Of a stretch of DNA of 64,000 bases, positions 35,270 to 48,955 are shown in pieces. Positions within the stretch are counted from its first letter, which is position 1. The number at the start of each line of letters is the position of its first letter. The notes beneath the pieces were generated by a model that did no database searches, was not told the DNA's origin, and was given only the letters and a program-made list of their open reading frames with translations. Source of the stretch: Antedon mediterranea (lineage: Eukaryota; Animalia; Echinodermata); contig NC_092670.1 of NCBI RefSeq assembly GCF_964355755.1, forward strand, positions 26,708,795 to 26,772,794. Direction: 5' to 3'. The position numbers were made by a program, and so were the translations under genes.

Positions 35270-35660
35270 TGAGCCGTGAAATGTGCAAACAACCACATTG
35301 TGCAAACATGTTAATTGCCTTCAAATGCGCAAACAACCACATTTGTGCAAACATATGCGCCCTGAAAATGTGCAAATCTGTAAAAATGTATAGTCAACTA
35401 ATGCAAACATCACGCCGTTAAATGTAAAAATGATCAGTTTTGACGTTAAATGTGCAAATGAAATTCTACAAATGTGCAAATCATGTTTTTCAACCTAATC
35501 GTTTATTCAAAATGATAACCTAATTCTAAACAGTCACGGGTTTTTCTAACAATGTTTTCAAGATATAGCCACTGTGACATACTTATTGTAGTACAGCCTG
35601 AAATAATCTGTTTTGAAAAAGAGATGCAGGACTGACACGTGGTCGCTGCTTGCTGGAGAT
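35270..35660. mobile_element. Partial inverted copy of the long-TIR element at 38051-38949
   Basis: GAGCCGTGAAA start, TGTGCAAAC repeats; 35590-35650 is the reverse complement of 38590-38670. Confidence 0.65.
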
Positions 35661-37079
35661 GGAAACTTGTTTGTTTATCCATATGAGTGTATTTTGATAT
35701 TAAGCAAAGACAACATTCGCTAGTTATTAAAAATGTAAATGTGCTCCAAGCAAAAATGTTTGTACCAGCTATAGGTTAAATGTCAAAATAAGGTGTTTTT
35801 TACATTTTGTATATCTCGGTTGTATTAGAGCAAATATAAACATTATACTTTGCTAGTAATTTGAGACCACAGTTATCACTTTCTGACCAGTGGTTGATGA
35901 GATATTCATATGACCAATTTCTTGACTAGTGGTCAGAAAACTTTTGGCAAAAGTTGCCCATTAGAGTGAACAGAAATATGGGTCTTCTGAGTAGTTTGGC
36001 ACAAAAAATATTCCAATACACCCAGTAGTTATCAAGTTGTTTTCGGCTAACAGCAAAAAACTGATTTGTATACTATTGATATAAGGAATAAAAAAAACAC
36101 TAAAACTCCCCAACTAACTGTATGGCCAAGGGTTGGTTTAAAATGTGTGTATTAAAATAATTGTTGTTACGTTCCGCCACTGTTGGCAGTTGCATTAGAT
36201 TTTCTGTCAGACATGTTTAAGTCTGGTTATCTTATATATTTGATCAGTTAAAGATATTTAAGTGTTTTATGAAAGAATTTTTCTATCTAAGACCAACATT
36301 ATCAAGATATGTATCAGCACATGGGATATTATTATCTTCATTCATCATTTATCCAAAAAGGGCCTTCGTTACATGTCTTATCTATTAAGGTTTTCATATG
36401 GGTTTGCCTTTGTGCCTGGCGAGTGGACAACGTTGTTAGTCTATAAGCCAGTTGTCTATCAATAATATGGTTAACTATGACAATAATGTTGATTTCATAA
36501 TTACAAAGAAGTTACATCCTTTTAAGAAAGACTTTGGAAGAAGCCTTTGGAATTTCTGTTTTTTCTCCTTTAGTACAGCTGTTAGAGCTAGTCCCGTTGC
36601 AAAACAAAGTTAATTAAATAAATAATACATTTGTGTACTGTTCTTGCTTATACATTTGAATGAATATTTAAAATGTGTAGGCCTACCAGTGAATTTCGAA
36701 AAGAAAAGTCTCCCTGTACAAGTTTCTCATTGGGTAAGGTATTTTATGTCACTTGCGGGTCACATCTGCTCAATTCAAATTTCGTAGTACTACTGGAAGT
36801 GAATCTACTTCACATCTTATACAAAAAAACAAGTGTGATTTTAAAGAAATTATGACGGCTGTAGGTTTGTCTAGAGAAGAAACTTTTTAACGTTTTTATT
36901 TTCTATTTTTATCAAACTCAACAGTTTTGAAAATTCAATCCTTGAACTTGTTTTACTTGAATAATTGAGAAATTCATGCTTGAATCAATGTCATATAGGC
37001 CTACATGCAATAATACAATATATGTAATAAGTAATATGTAATAACAATGTAATAAGCAGCTATAATAATATATACTATT

Positions 37080-38000
37080 TACTAAAGGACCAATGAGAGA
37101 CCGATGAGATCACCAATGTTAGAGAGTATGTTGGAAAATAGACGTTTCCTTGTTGAGGCAGACAGCAAGAATAACAGTGTCGAAGACTCAAGAATGGTTT
37201 ACCACATGGAAGTGTACTTGCCCCTCCCCTCTTCAACATATACACCATGATCAGCAAAGCACTGAAGGAACACGGCGCTTTATATATTTTTAACTTTTTT
37301 TTTTATTTCATTCAATCGAAACCATCAGCGATAATTACCGCCACTAACAGGTTTAATAAATTCGGATGACCTTGTATAATTTCTGCCAAAGATAACGACT
37401 TTGGCTGCGTTGAGGAGAGACTCACCAAGGCTCTTAGTGAACTAACACCATACTATGCCATACTATGAGGAGAACCACCTTCGTGCTAAACCCATCGAAG
37501 ACACAAATGTGTGCTTTTCACCTCCGCAACCATGAACCAGTCGCCAACTGAAAGTCGAAGGCTGTGAGTATGCATGTGCAGTTTGGGAAAGATCTACTCA
37601 TGCCAGAAAGATAAACCCAGCTTTCAACGTCACATGTCGACTAATCTCTGGATGTCTTAGAACAACTACAACAGAAAGCCTTACATCCTATCTGGTATAG
37701 CACCTCCAGAGATTCGACGCAGTGCAGCAAGCAGCAGAGAACGGCAACGCCAAGCTCCAGATGAACGTCATCCCCTGTATGGCCACAAACCAGCTAAAAG
37801 CAGACTCAAGTCAGGGAAAACTAGCTTCCTCTCTACAGTAGATCCTGATGGAGGACTGAATATCAAGGAACCTCTCTAGCAAGAGAGAATTGCCCTTCTT
37901 TCAACAATGATATATATGGCTCAAGAGGAGCTCCCCCTGGTGCCGACTCCAACTATGCTGAATGGAAATGTCTAAATCGGCTGAGATCTAGTAAGGGCCG
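37080..38000 (+). pseudogene. Degraded non-LTR RT fragment (I-group, Ingi/Vingi-like)
   Basis: KNGLPHGSVLAPPLFNIY, EENHLRA.PSKTQMCAFHLRN, EYACAVWERS, SGIAPPEIRR, DERHPL. Confidence 0.7.
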
Positions 38001-38050
38001 CTGTTAAGTGACTCTTCAGGAGGATACTCGAAAAATGCAGATGTAACCTT

Positions 38051-38949
38051 GAGCGGTGAAATGTGCAAAATATCACATTTGTGCAAACAACCACATCTGT
38101 ACAAACATGTTGCCCTCAAATGTGCCAACAACCACATTTGTGCAAACATGGCACCCTCAAATATGCAAATCTGTAAAAATGTATAATCCACTCTATAATG
38201 TGCAAACATCACGCCGTTAAATGTAAAAACGATCAATTTTGACGTTAAATGTGCAAATGAAATTTTACAAATGAGCAAATCATTTTTTTCGACCAAATTA
38301 TTTAAATAAAAATGATAACCTATTTTATAAATGTATACGGATTTATGATTTGGTTTTATCAAATACTGAAAATACCATGCGCTGTTCGAAATTTTCTGCG
38401 CATTTTGAATATTTAATTTGCGCAAGAAAATCCTCACAATTTCAAATTACATAAATTGTTCAAATCGCACATAACAGACATAAATTTTAAATAAAATAAT
38501 ATAAAATCCAATAAACTCGGTTCAGTATGTCTTGTGAATTTCCTTTTATAATAAGAGGAAAACTACAAGGGACTTCAATTTCAACGGATGGAAGTTACCG
38601 TCTCCAGCAAGCAGCGACCACGCGTCAGTCCTGCATCCCCATCCCCTCAAAACAGATTATTTCAGCCTGTACTGCAATTAAATATGTAAGTTGCTATATA
38701 TTGAAAATATTGTTAGAAAAACCCGTGACTATTAATAATTAGGTTATCATTTTTAATAAATGATTTTGGTTGAAAAAAAATATTTGCACATTTGTAGAAT
38801 TTCATTTGCACTTAACGTCAAAACTGATCGTTTTTACATTTCACGGCGTGGATTAGTGGATTGTACATTTTTTTCAGATTTGAACATTTGAAGGTGCCAT
38901 GTTTGCACAAATGTGTTTGTTTGCACAAATATGACTTTTTGAACGGCTC
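38051..38949. mobile_element. Non-autonomous DNA element with long TIRs and GAG..CTC ends (Sola-like, uncertain)
   Basis: 38051-38330 is inverted relative to 38730-38949; no clear TSD seen. Confidence 0.55.
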
Positions 38950-40008
38950 AACAAATTAATGCCCATTTTTGAATCTGAGATGCACAGCACCTTGCTGAAT
39001 TCAATGATGCTGCTCATGATTATATGCAGCTGTGACTGAAACACAATATCTTATTTGTGGATTCGATAAGAAGACTAAAAGACAAACTGCTTGTCTAAAC
39101 TTATCGATTTATTGTGGGATTTGGTTATTTGGTTATAACTATTAGAGTTTAAAATACTAATAAATAGTTATGAAAGTATAAATACTCTATAGTTATTTTG
39201 AAATAATTACATAAAAAATGAATTATATTTAAGCCTATATTATACATTTATACTTATATAGAAGAAAAATTATAATTATGTTTGTGTAAGAAGAAAGTGA
39301 AATGCTACAAAGTTTAGAGTATAACATTTATTATTTTTTTTATTTTATTTTATTCATTTCGGCAATAAACATAAAATAATAATTACAAAAAAAACATAGA
39401 AATATATATATATATATATGAAATACAAGACACGAAGCCGAGGAGAGACAAAAGCATTAAACAAAATGCCGTCACCTGTAAGGTGTGTCTCTCCAACACA
39501 AAAATTACAATAACAAGAATATATACTAAAATAACATAGACATATCATTTCATTTAAAAAGTTAAAAAAGTTTCTCTCCGACATTTAAAATATAGCTTTA
39601 GAGATAATTTAAAATTAATAAATGAACCATTAACAAAAATATTGCGAATCTCATTGGGTATGGAATTCCAAGTTCTAGTGAATCTGGTCGGGATGCAACA
39701 TTTTGACATATCATTACTGGAGCGAAGATGCTTGAAAGTGAGAGTATCATGACGATTATTAACTATGAGTAAATTATAAATAATAGATCTTTGATGATAA
39801 AGTAAAACATTGCAAACAAATAGAACAGTATAACAATCTCTAATAGCGATTGTGGATGGGATATCAAGAGTGTCTAGTCTCCCCTCATATGACTGTTCCT
39901 GACGACGTTGATGTAAGATCAACCGGGTGGCCCGTCTCTGGATTTGCTCAATCATTTGAATTTGACATATGCGATAAGGGTACACCACCTCGCAACATTA
40001 CTGTATAT

Positions 40009-40836
40009 GGCCCTGTTTCTGCTGCCAACTAAATACCGTATATTATACGGTATTTTTTGAATACCGTATATATACGGTATATTTTTGGCAGCAGAAACTG
40101 CGCTCATAAAAAATATACCGTATTTTGTATACCGTATTTTCCCCACAAAATTTGTGGATAAAATACGGTATTTACAAATTTATACCGTATTTTTTGTACC
40201 CGTTTCTGCTGCCAATAAAAAATACCGTATTTTTTTTTTACATGACAAAAGGTCAACATAACATTCGTATTTTTATTTTCTGTCACTGTCAGCTGTTTTA
40301 CACACGTGTATATATATATTCGGCGAAAATGTGGAGCGAAGACGTCACAGTTTTACTAAATAAATGTGTGTGGGGAAGCTAAAATGTCTGGCCAACTAAA
40401 AGGTAATAAAAGGGACAACCACATTTATAAAGACATTTCTAAAAAAATAAAGCAGGAGTATGGAATAGACTTGTCTCCAAAGGAAGTAAACTCAAAGCTG
40501 AAGAGCCTGCGAAAGCAGTACAACGTTGCAAAATACAATAACTCGGGGAGGGAACGAATTAATTGTCCCCATTACGATGTTTTCTGTGCTCTCACAACAT
40601 CTCTATCACTAGGGCTAGGCTGTTGAAAGTGAGACGTAAAACTTCCTTTATTGCGACTTTTAATTATCGATCAAATAAATGAATGGCAATTTGGGTAAAA
40701 AAGATGAAATTTAACACGACCACCCAAGAAGTATTGTTAGCAGAAACGGAGTACTAAAAAATACGGTATAAAAAATACCGTATTTTATATCGTATTTTTA
40801 TACCGTATTTTGAGCAGTTGCAGCAGAAACAGGCCC
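40009..40836 (+). mobile_element. PIF/Harbinger deletion derivative retaining a Myb/SANT-like (trihelix) remnant
   Basis: TIR GG(C/G)CCTGTTTCTGCTGC; TSD TAT; many ATACCGTAT subterminal repeats; ORF 40366-40626 IYKDISKKI...EVNSKLKSLRKQY...CPHYD. Confidence 0.85.
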
Positions 40837-43074
40837 TATGAGGGAGGACTAGACACTGTTATAATTTTAAAAGAACGGGTGTAGAACAACCACCAGCAAT
40901 TGCTCTAACAAGACCCAGTGTTCTATTACACTTATTTTACAACCTCATGGACTTGTTTAGACCATGACAAATCATCGGATATGTACACACCAAGAATTTT
41001 CAGATGTTTAACATGTGCAATAACCTGATCGTTAAGTACATAGTCATTAGAAGATGGAGCTCTCCTTCTATCGATAGACAAGATGTTACATTTAGTAGGG
41101 TTTAAAATAAGTTTGTTTAAAATTGACAATTCAGAGATTTTGTTAATTTCTCTCTGTAAGGAAATAAAATCACAATAAGAATAAACTGCTTTACTTATAA
41201 ATGTATCGTCAGCATAATGGTACGGTTTATTTTCCAAGTGAAGATTTAAGTCATTCACGTAAATGTTGAACAATAATGGCCCCAAGACTGACCCCTGGGG
41301 GACACCTGACTTGACTAAACACCAGTCAGATTGGACACCCTTAAAAATTACTCTTTGCTTACGACCAGATAAGAAAGAGTTAATCCATTTTAATAATACA
41401 CCGCCAACACCATACGTTTTTGAAAGCTTATTTACCAGAATTTCATGCGAGATGGAATCAAATGCCCTACTGTAATCAAGAGCCACGACATCAATCCGTG
41501 GTGCCCCATTATCTAAAGCCTTAACCCCGGATGTTGTAGCCTCAGCCAAGACTGAGGAACAAGACTTTCCTGGAGTAAAACCATATTGGCCATCAAACAT
41601 GAGTCCAAATTCGTTCAGATGAAGACGGAGTTCATCGGTGACAATACTCTCGAGCACCTTTGAGAACAAAGATGTCAGTGCAATTGGTCTATAGTTGCAT
41701 AGGTTTGTCTTGCTGAGCTTCTTATACACTGGTGCGATGTTTGCACATTTCCATGCCGATGGAAGTTCACCACTTTCCAAACTGAAGTTAAAAACATCGG
41801 CAAGTAATGGCGATAAACCTTTGGCACAGAGTTTTAACATTTGAGATGTAATGCCATCGGGCCCGGCAGCTTTGCCCACAGAGAGTTTCATGATCTTTCT
41901 GAAAACAACAATGGGATGGACAATAATGTTTGCTAGAGTAGTAACCTCTAGTCTGGGTGATGTAGATTCATCTGTTAATGGGTCATTCTGGGTAAAGTAA
42001 GATACGAATAGTGAATTAAACGCGTTCAAAATTGTCCTCGGATCGGAGCACATTGTATCATTAATCACAAATGAAGAACAATCTGCAGACTTCCGTTTAG
42101 AATGGACATACTGCCAGAATTGCTTCATATTATCAGCTTTTCCCATTAATTCATCAATATATTTACTGTGGGAACGATTTGTGACATATCTTATTTTATT
42201 ACGGAGTTTTTTATAAGCAGTCCAGTCATTAATGTTTCCACTTCGTCTAGCGCGGTTAAACAGTTTTCTCTTTTTGACTGCCATTTTTTTAATTTCGGGG
42301 AAAATCCAGGGCTTGGTCTTTCGGCGTTGATTTCTATGTGGGATATGTAAATTCACACATTCCATAAATTTGGTAATAAAATTAGACCCTACTCCATTAA
42401 CCGATTCACATTCAATGGATTCCCAAGTGATGTTCCCAATACCTTCATTAATAGCCTCGACGTTAGTTTTAGCGTAAAAATATTTTGTCTTAGTAGGATT
42501 TCGTTTAACCCTCGGGAAACCGCGAATTTTGAAAGCTACCACACAGTGATCAGAAGTAGAGAATGGATCGAGAACATTAACGTCAAAGACACCTTCTGGA
42601 CAGTTAGTAAACAGTAACTCAATGAGGGTGCTGGATGCCAATGTTATGCGTGTAGGATCCATGACAATCTGTTGGAAATCAAGTGATGATGTCCAATTGC
42701 TGACTCTGCTGTGCAAGTTGTTGGTAACGTGTATGTCGGCCAACCAATTGATGTTAAAATCTCTAAGCAACGTAACTCCTTTATATTTTTCAATATGAAG
42801 TTGCAGAACAATTTCCTGAAGTTCCAAAGCAGAGTTAGGTTTAGATGGTGGTCTATAAAATACACCGCAAAGCCATCTACCATCATTGACACTGAATTCT
42901 GCCCAGACACATTCAACATTTTCCATTGAAGGATGGGTAACTTGGATGGGATGTAATTCAGGTTTAATGGCCAGAAGCACACCACCACCGTCTTTATGAG
43001 CACCTCTGTCCTTGCGAAAAATGACATGTTGGTTTGATATAACACCATCAGGAACTGTATCGGTGAGCCAGGTT

Positions 43075-43773
43075 CCCGGGGGGGGGGGGGGGGGTTACTC
43101 TTAAATATTTCCAAACGGGGAGGTGCCGCATTTACGGGTATATTTTCGAGGGCCAGGTAGCACAAGTGTGGGAAATTATGGAGAGTTGGTAGCACAAGTG
43201 TGGGAAATGACAGGGTGAAATTAGTAGTTTAAGTCCCTGGCCCGCTCACCCGTGTCAAAATGTCACGATTTATCGCCAAATTTTGCAGGTATTTTAGCAT
43301 AATGGATGCTATAAGCCCGGCTATATAAGCCCATCGCTAAATACCTTTGAATAGGCCTAGAGTTTTCGCATCAGCAGAAAGAACACGAAACATAGCCTAG
43401 GACAAAATCATTCAACTGTGACCACTCTTGACTCTTGATATCGTCGTCATGACTGTACCGCGCGGACGAGCGATAAACTTGTCAATTTGTCAAAACACGT
43501 TTTTCGTGATTTTGCCATGAACGGTCTCTTTGGCCATGCGCAGATCATGCCGGGAACCAGTACAAATATTTCCCCCTTAGTCTCTGTCGTGACCTTGTTT
43601 TTGCCGTCTTTTTAGAGAAAACTGGATTTTTATTTGGTAAATGGTAGTTCAAGTCCGTAGTATTTTTCAGTAAAACAGGTAGCGCAAGTGCCTCATGTCT
43701 TGAATGAAGTGGCTGCTGCACCCCCCCCCCCCCCCGTTTGGTTTATATACAAGTGACCCCCCCCCCCCCCGGG
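43075..43773. mobile_element. Unclassified non-autonomous DNA element with CCC-G(n) termini and 8-bp TSD
   Basis: Both ends read CCCGGGGGGGGG..T(T/C)ACT inward; GCCAGGTT duplicated; removal restores GITETW|LTDTVPD of the host APE domain. Confidence 0.85.
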
Positions 43774-44933
43774 GCCAGGTTTCAGTTATACCGATGATTG
43801 ATAGGTGAGTATTCTGACCCAGGTAAGTTTGTAGACATCTTAGTTTGTTTTTTAGGCTCCTGGCGTTAAATAGTACACCACAAATGCTTTCTGATGTTGC
43901 AGTTGTATTAAGGGAATCTTTAGAAATATCACTGGTACTTGTCTCAGATTCAATTAAAGACTCGTCGGTGGAGAAGTACGAGTCATTTAGTTTAGGGAGA
44001 GCACAATGGTAACAGATCCAGTTATGATTCCTATCCTTAAAAGATTTGCGAAAATGATTTGGGGAAATCTGAACACAGCTAGCGTGAAAAATTAAAGAGC
44101 ATTCACAACATACGATTTTCTGACGGTTTCGAAAAATGTTATTGAAACATGATCCACATGTAACAATAGCATTTCCATTAGCAACTCGGGGACAGGTAGG
44201 CCTGGTACCCAAAACATCCGAACCAGCAGTGTTTGCAATACCAGGCCCTGGATTAGGATGAACATCACCGAAAATACACAGATCAACATTGAAGGAAGAG
44301 ACTGAATTAGTATCATAGTTAACACTAGAATTTTCTCACATGTTTATATCTAAGCGACAAACTGACATTTTGGAATTCATAAAAACGAGACCTAACATAC
44401 AAAAAACGTAAACCATCCTCTTTACTTTCAATATTAATATCCACAATAACAGATGACCACACAATTAAAAAACAAGCGATCGATTGAATGAGAAACATTC
44501 CTACACACGCTAAAGTCAAAACCTAATCAAAATTAGTTCAAGTCGATGAACATGAAAAGCAATGAGTGCAAATTGATTAAAACGGTAAATAAAAACTATA
44601 CACCACACACCAACTGAAGTGAAAGGTAATAAATAAATAAAAAGCAGACTAGGACTAGTCTATTACATACCTAAGTGAATAGAGCTAGGCCCAAAACAGG
44701 CAGGGATGGATTAGGATGAAAGGCTCTGCAGTGCTGTACTAATCAACAAAGAAAGGAAAGGCAGAATGAGCGGGAAGGGCCTAAGAAAATTCAAACAAAA
44801 ACACTAAGCTAAAAGAACCAAAACAAAATTAGCATTCAACCTGAATATATTTCCGGAAAAAGATACACATTTCTGACAATAAATAAGGTAATTTAAAGAC
44901 CACTTCTGTTCCGAGTTTTGGACCTTTGAAACT

Positions 44934-45397
44934 AGAGGCCGTATTCACCAGAGGCCGTATTCACCAGAGGCCGTATTCACCAGAGGCCGTATTCACCAGA
45001 GGCCGTATTCACCAGAGGCCGTATTCACCAGAGGCCGTATTCACCAGAGGCCGTATTCACCAGAGGCCGTATTCACCAGAGGCCGTATTCACCAGAGGCC
45101 GTATTCACCAGAGGCCGTATTCACCAGAGGCCGTATTCACCAGAGGCCGTATTCACCAGAGGCCGTATTCACCAGAGGCCGTATTCACCAGAGGCCGTAT
45201 TCACCAGAGGCCGTATTCACCAGAGGCCGTATTCACCAGAGGCCGTATTCACCAGAGGCCGTATTCACCAGAGGCCGTATTCACCAGAGGCCGTATTCAC
45301 CAGAGGCCGTATTCACCAGAGGCCGTATTCACCAGAGGCCGTATTCACCAGAGGCCGTATTCACCAGAGGCCGTATTCACCAGAGGCCGTATTCACC
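44934..45397. repeat. Perfect 16-bp tandem repeat (AGAGGCCGTATTCACC) x29
   Basis: 464 bp, no variant unit seen. Confidence 0.97.
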
Positions 45398-46020
45398 AAT
45401 ACCATAGCAAAAGAGAAAAAAAAATCTTAATGTAAGAGCTCATAGAACAAAAACAAATATATTATATGTATCAATTTTAATGAATATAATATTATGTCTA
45501 AGTTATAGGTGATAAATTAATTTAACTACCTCTAATGATTTATGAATACTGTAGTTATTTTATAATTAACTTGTTGTTATTTTAAACAAATAAAATTGAT
45601 GATATATCATTATTCCTTAAATTATTAAACAGAATATAAATTTTAAAAACATCACTTAATGACGTAAGAATATTGCCAGCCAATGGGTTTTTGGTTGAAT
45701 TGTTTATTTTGTTATTTTATAGTCAATCAATTTTTATTTGGAAATTGCACCTTTACATCGGTGGCACACAAAGGAAGTGGTACATCCATATTGAACACAA
45801 TTAACATAAAATGACGGATACGGATACTTAAGCTAATTTAAATTAAAATTAGTACTATATACTGTGGCAATATTTGTCTGACATGAGTTGATACATTTTA
45901 TTTGAATATATTTATATATATATATACATAAAGAGGAAGTAGTTACAAAAATAATTGTTAATGAGGCTATTAAAATTATCATGATAGTTAATATTGAAAT
46001 GGTTTCCTACACAGTATAGT

Positions 46021-46752
46021 AACAAGGCCAACAGCCATTAAGTCGCGTGCTACAATTCATAGTGATACCGGACCGACAGACAGACCGACAGACAGACAGA
46101 CAGACCGACCGACCGGCATAGTGAACTATAGAGTCGCGTCCACGCGACTAAAAAGGCATAATTTTGACGAATTTTTGAACTTTTTCATCAAAAACGTGCG
46201 CAAATTATCCAATTCGACGTGCTCGTATGACGTAATTTTAAGTCGAAATTGTTTAAAAGTCGGTAAAATTATTAGAAAAGGCTGCAAAAACATAAATCAC
46301 GCGAAAAAAGTATGTATTTAACGCTACGTGCGCACCGTGCGCGTAAAAATTTGCGCGCGTATGAGAATTTTTGACATGCTCAAAATGACAAGAAACGCGT
46401 AGAAAGTGGATTAAAAATTAATTTTGCGCATTTTAAAATTTTTAATGCGCGCGCGCGCGTAACTTTGTGCAAAACACACATTTTTTTTCAACAGAAAGTT
46501 AGCGCCTGATATAAATTAAACTTTTGCAAAGTTTCAATTTAAAATGTTATTTGGTTTTTGACCTATGTCAAATACGAGAAAATCGTTAAATCGCGCGTAA
46601 ATCACGTTGCGATAGGATGTCCACAATTTCACGTAAATGCCCACATGTTGACAGTTCAAAAAGTACAGAAAAGCAATAAAACGCATAGTGATACCGGACC
46701 GACAGACAGACCGACCGACATAGTGAACTATAGAGTCGCGTCCACGCGACTA
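46021..46752 (-). mobile_element. Two tandem Helentron-type HINE (DINE-1-like) copies, family B
   Basis: 5' palindrome AGTCGCGTGGACGCGACT, GACA/GACC microsatellite, 3' subTIR CACGCGACT plus small hairpin before TT. Confidence 0.7.
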
Positions 46753-47973
46753 ATAACAATAATACATAATGATACAAAATAATATATAAATAAAAATACA
46801 TTTACATAATGTCATAAGTTAATACGAAAATAATCTTAACTATACTATACTTAACTAAAAAATTCTTTATTTCGTTATAAAGTAAATATATTTAATGTAA
46901 GGTATAGCATGTTAATCATTACTCTATTTACAGTTATACATTAGTATTAACATTTTGGTACGTGAAGACCATGCTTGTTTAGCTTTTGCAAAACATGTCA
47001 AATATTTCATTTACTGTATTAACAATTACTGGTTGCGTCCCAGTAGGAAGGCTAGTGTCGCTTCCTAGGGTTAGTTTTAGTTTTAATACTGGGTTACCTA
47101 GTAGAAAGTACAACTCAAGTTTACAATATTCCGTTAAGCGTAGATCATCAAAATATTTGCATTTGAACATAAAATGTATAATGTCTTCTTTATCATTTTT
47201 AGTCGCGTGGACGTGACTCTATAGTTCACTATGTCGGTCGGTCTGTCTGTCGGTCCGGTATCACTATGCGTTTTATCGCTTTCTGACCTTATCTTGATAT
47301 CAGTTTAATCTAGCGAAGTCAATTTTTCACAGTATTCCTTATGGCCAGGAATCGATGTGGTTATGTTTTCACGGTGCGCAATAAAAAAGTACGCGGTCTA
47401 CGCACGATTTAACGAAATCACGTTTGTAATCATATCTTCACAACCATGAATCACAATTAAATAAAATTTGGTACTCATACATTTCAGGGCATAAATCATC
47501 ATATGGCAATACAATTACGTGCGTAGCGCATGTAACGCATGCGTACGCGCGCTTAAAATTTTCAACATTTATTTTCGATGAAATAAGAGTACGTTTCAGG
47601 CAATTTTAAGCGTTTTTTCAGATAATTCAGATAATATTTATTTCGATAATAATGAATGAATATATACAAAATAGAAAAAAGATATTAAAGTGAACATAGA
47701 TAAAGCAGTAATTGGTAGTCATTATTATCATGGATCCCTTCTAGAAGTTAAAAACTTGTCTCGTAGGGACCTACAACAAAACACATTACTAAAAAAATAA
47801 AAATAAACCTAGAATATATAATTATATAATTTAGGATAAAAAATTACAGTATAATAAGATAACTAACATCTTCTTTATAAAAATTATTTAAATTATATTT
47901 CAATAGTTTCATGATAATTATAAATGAAATAAATACCGATATTGGTAAATGAAAAAAATATGTATAGGGTACA

Positions 47974-48546
47974 TCTATATATAAATTTACGTAAGGGCAA
48001 AAATCGGTAAATCGCGCGTTATTTCTAGAATGTTTACTCGATGGTATGTATATAAAGTTGGTTAGAATCTCGGTACTGATTTTAACCACCTGATGTAACC
48101 CTGTTTACTAATTAAATTGAGTTAGATAATTAGTTATTGACAATTAAAACAAATTTAGGTTCAACGATTTGCCCCAAATAGGGATGTTTTTCGATCGTGG
48201 TATACACTGTCTAATGGATGTCCGTCTTGAAATATACCCGAAGACAATAATACGAGGATGCTTCGCATTTTCCTATCTCCTCCTACGATAATTGTTGTTA
48301 ATGGCTGAAAACCGGTTGAACAGCATCAAAATGTTGAAGACAGGCCGATTTTCTTTAAAAAATACTATTTTGATAGATTTAATATACGTTTATATAAATG
48401 TATTGATTTCTGATGAATGGAACATTCCAATCTCTTTTACACAAGTGTCTATTCCCTCAGGCGTCGTAAAGGCAAGTACTGTATACTCATAACAGAAATT
48501 AGGCACGACCTAGATGGTACGCGAGCGAAGCGAGCGTACCGTTTAG
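47974..48546 (+). mobile_element. Non-autonomous Helitron (573 bp)
   Basis: A|TCTATATATAAA start; hairpin GGTACGCGAGCGAAGCGAGCGTACC then TTAG|T. Confidence 0.65.
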
Positions 48547-48955
48547 TAAATTATAATTTATGTATATAATTATATAGTATATACTATATACTGGAATCCA
48601 CCTAAAAATCGTTGTCCAGCTTTAGAAACATTTATTCAGGCTATTGAGGAGGATGTACAAAACTACATCCCGAGTCCAGATAAACGTGACAATCTCTCAA
48701 AACAAGAGAGGCAGGCCATTGCCAAATTGCGTCAGCGTAATGATATTATCATTAAACCAGCTGATAAAGGTTCTGCCACTGTTGCCATGTGTCACATATG
48801 TTCTGTTAATATGCTAATTATATTTGTTTGTTATTTGCAAATTATGCAAACTACGTTACGCTCGGTGAAGTAATAAAACAGTAGTTGAATTAAAAGAACC
48901 GTGTTGACGAGTCACACTTGTAATATGGTGTCAGAATAGTGGAAATTCACTCAAA

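Larger units (their letters stand above)
39340..44933 (-). mobile_element. Near full-length single-ORF CR1-group LINE: hydrophobic leader, 2A-like motif, PHD, APE, RT; two nested insertions
   Basis: GDVHPNPGP (44243-44269), PHD C..C...C..C...H..C...[35 protein letters not shown]; A-rich tail near 39340. Confidence 0.88.

Noticed and set aside
44926-45435. 169-aa repetitive ORF or possible CRISPR array
   Set aside because: Pure 16-bp tandem repeat with no spacers and no cas genes in eukaryotic DNA; the ORF exists only because the unit lacks stop codons.
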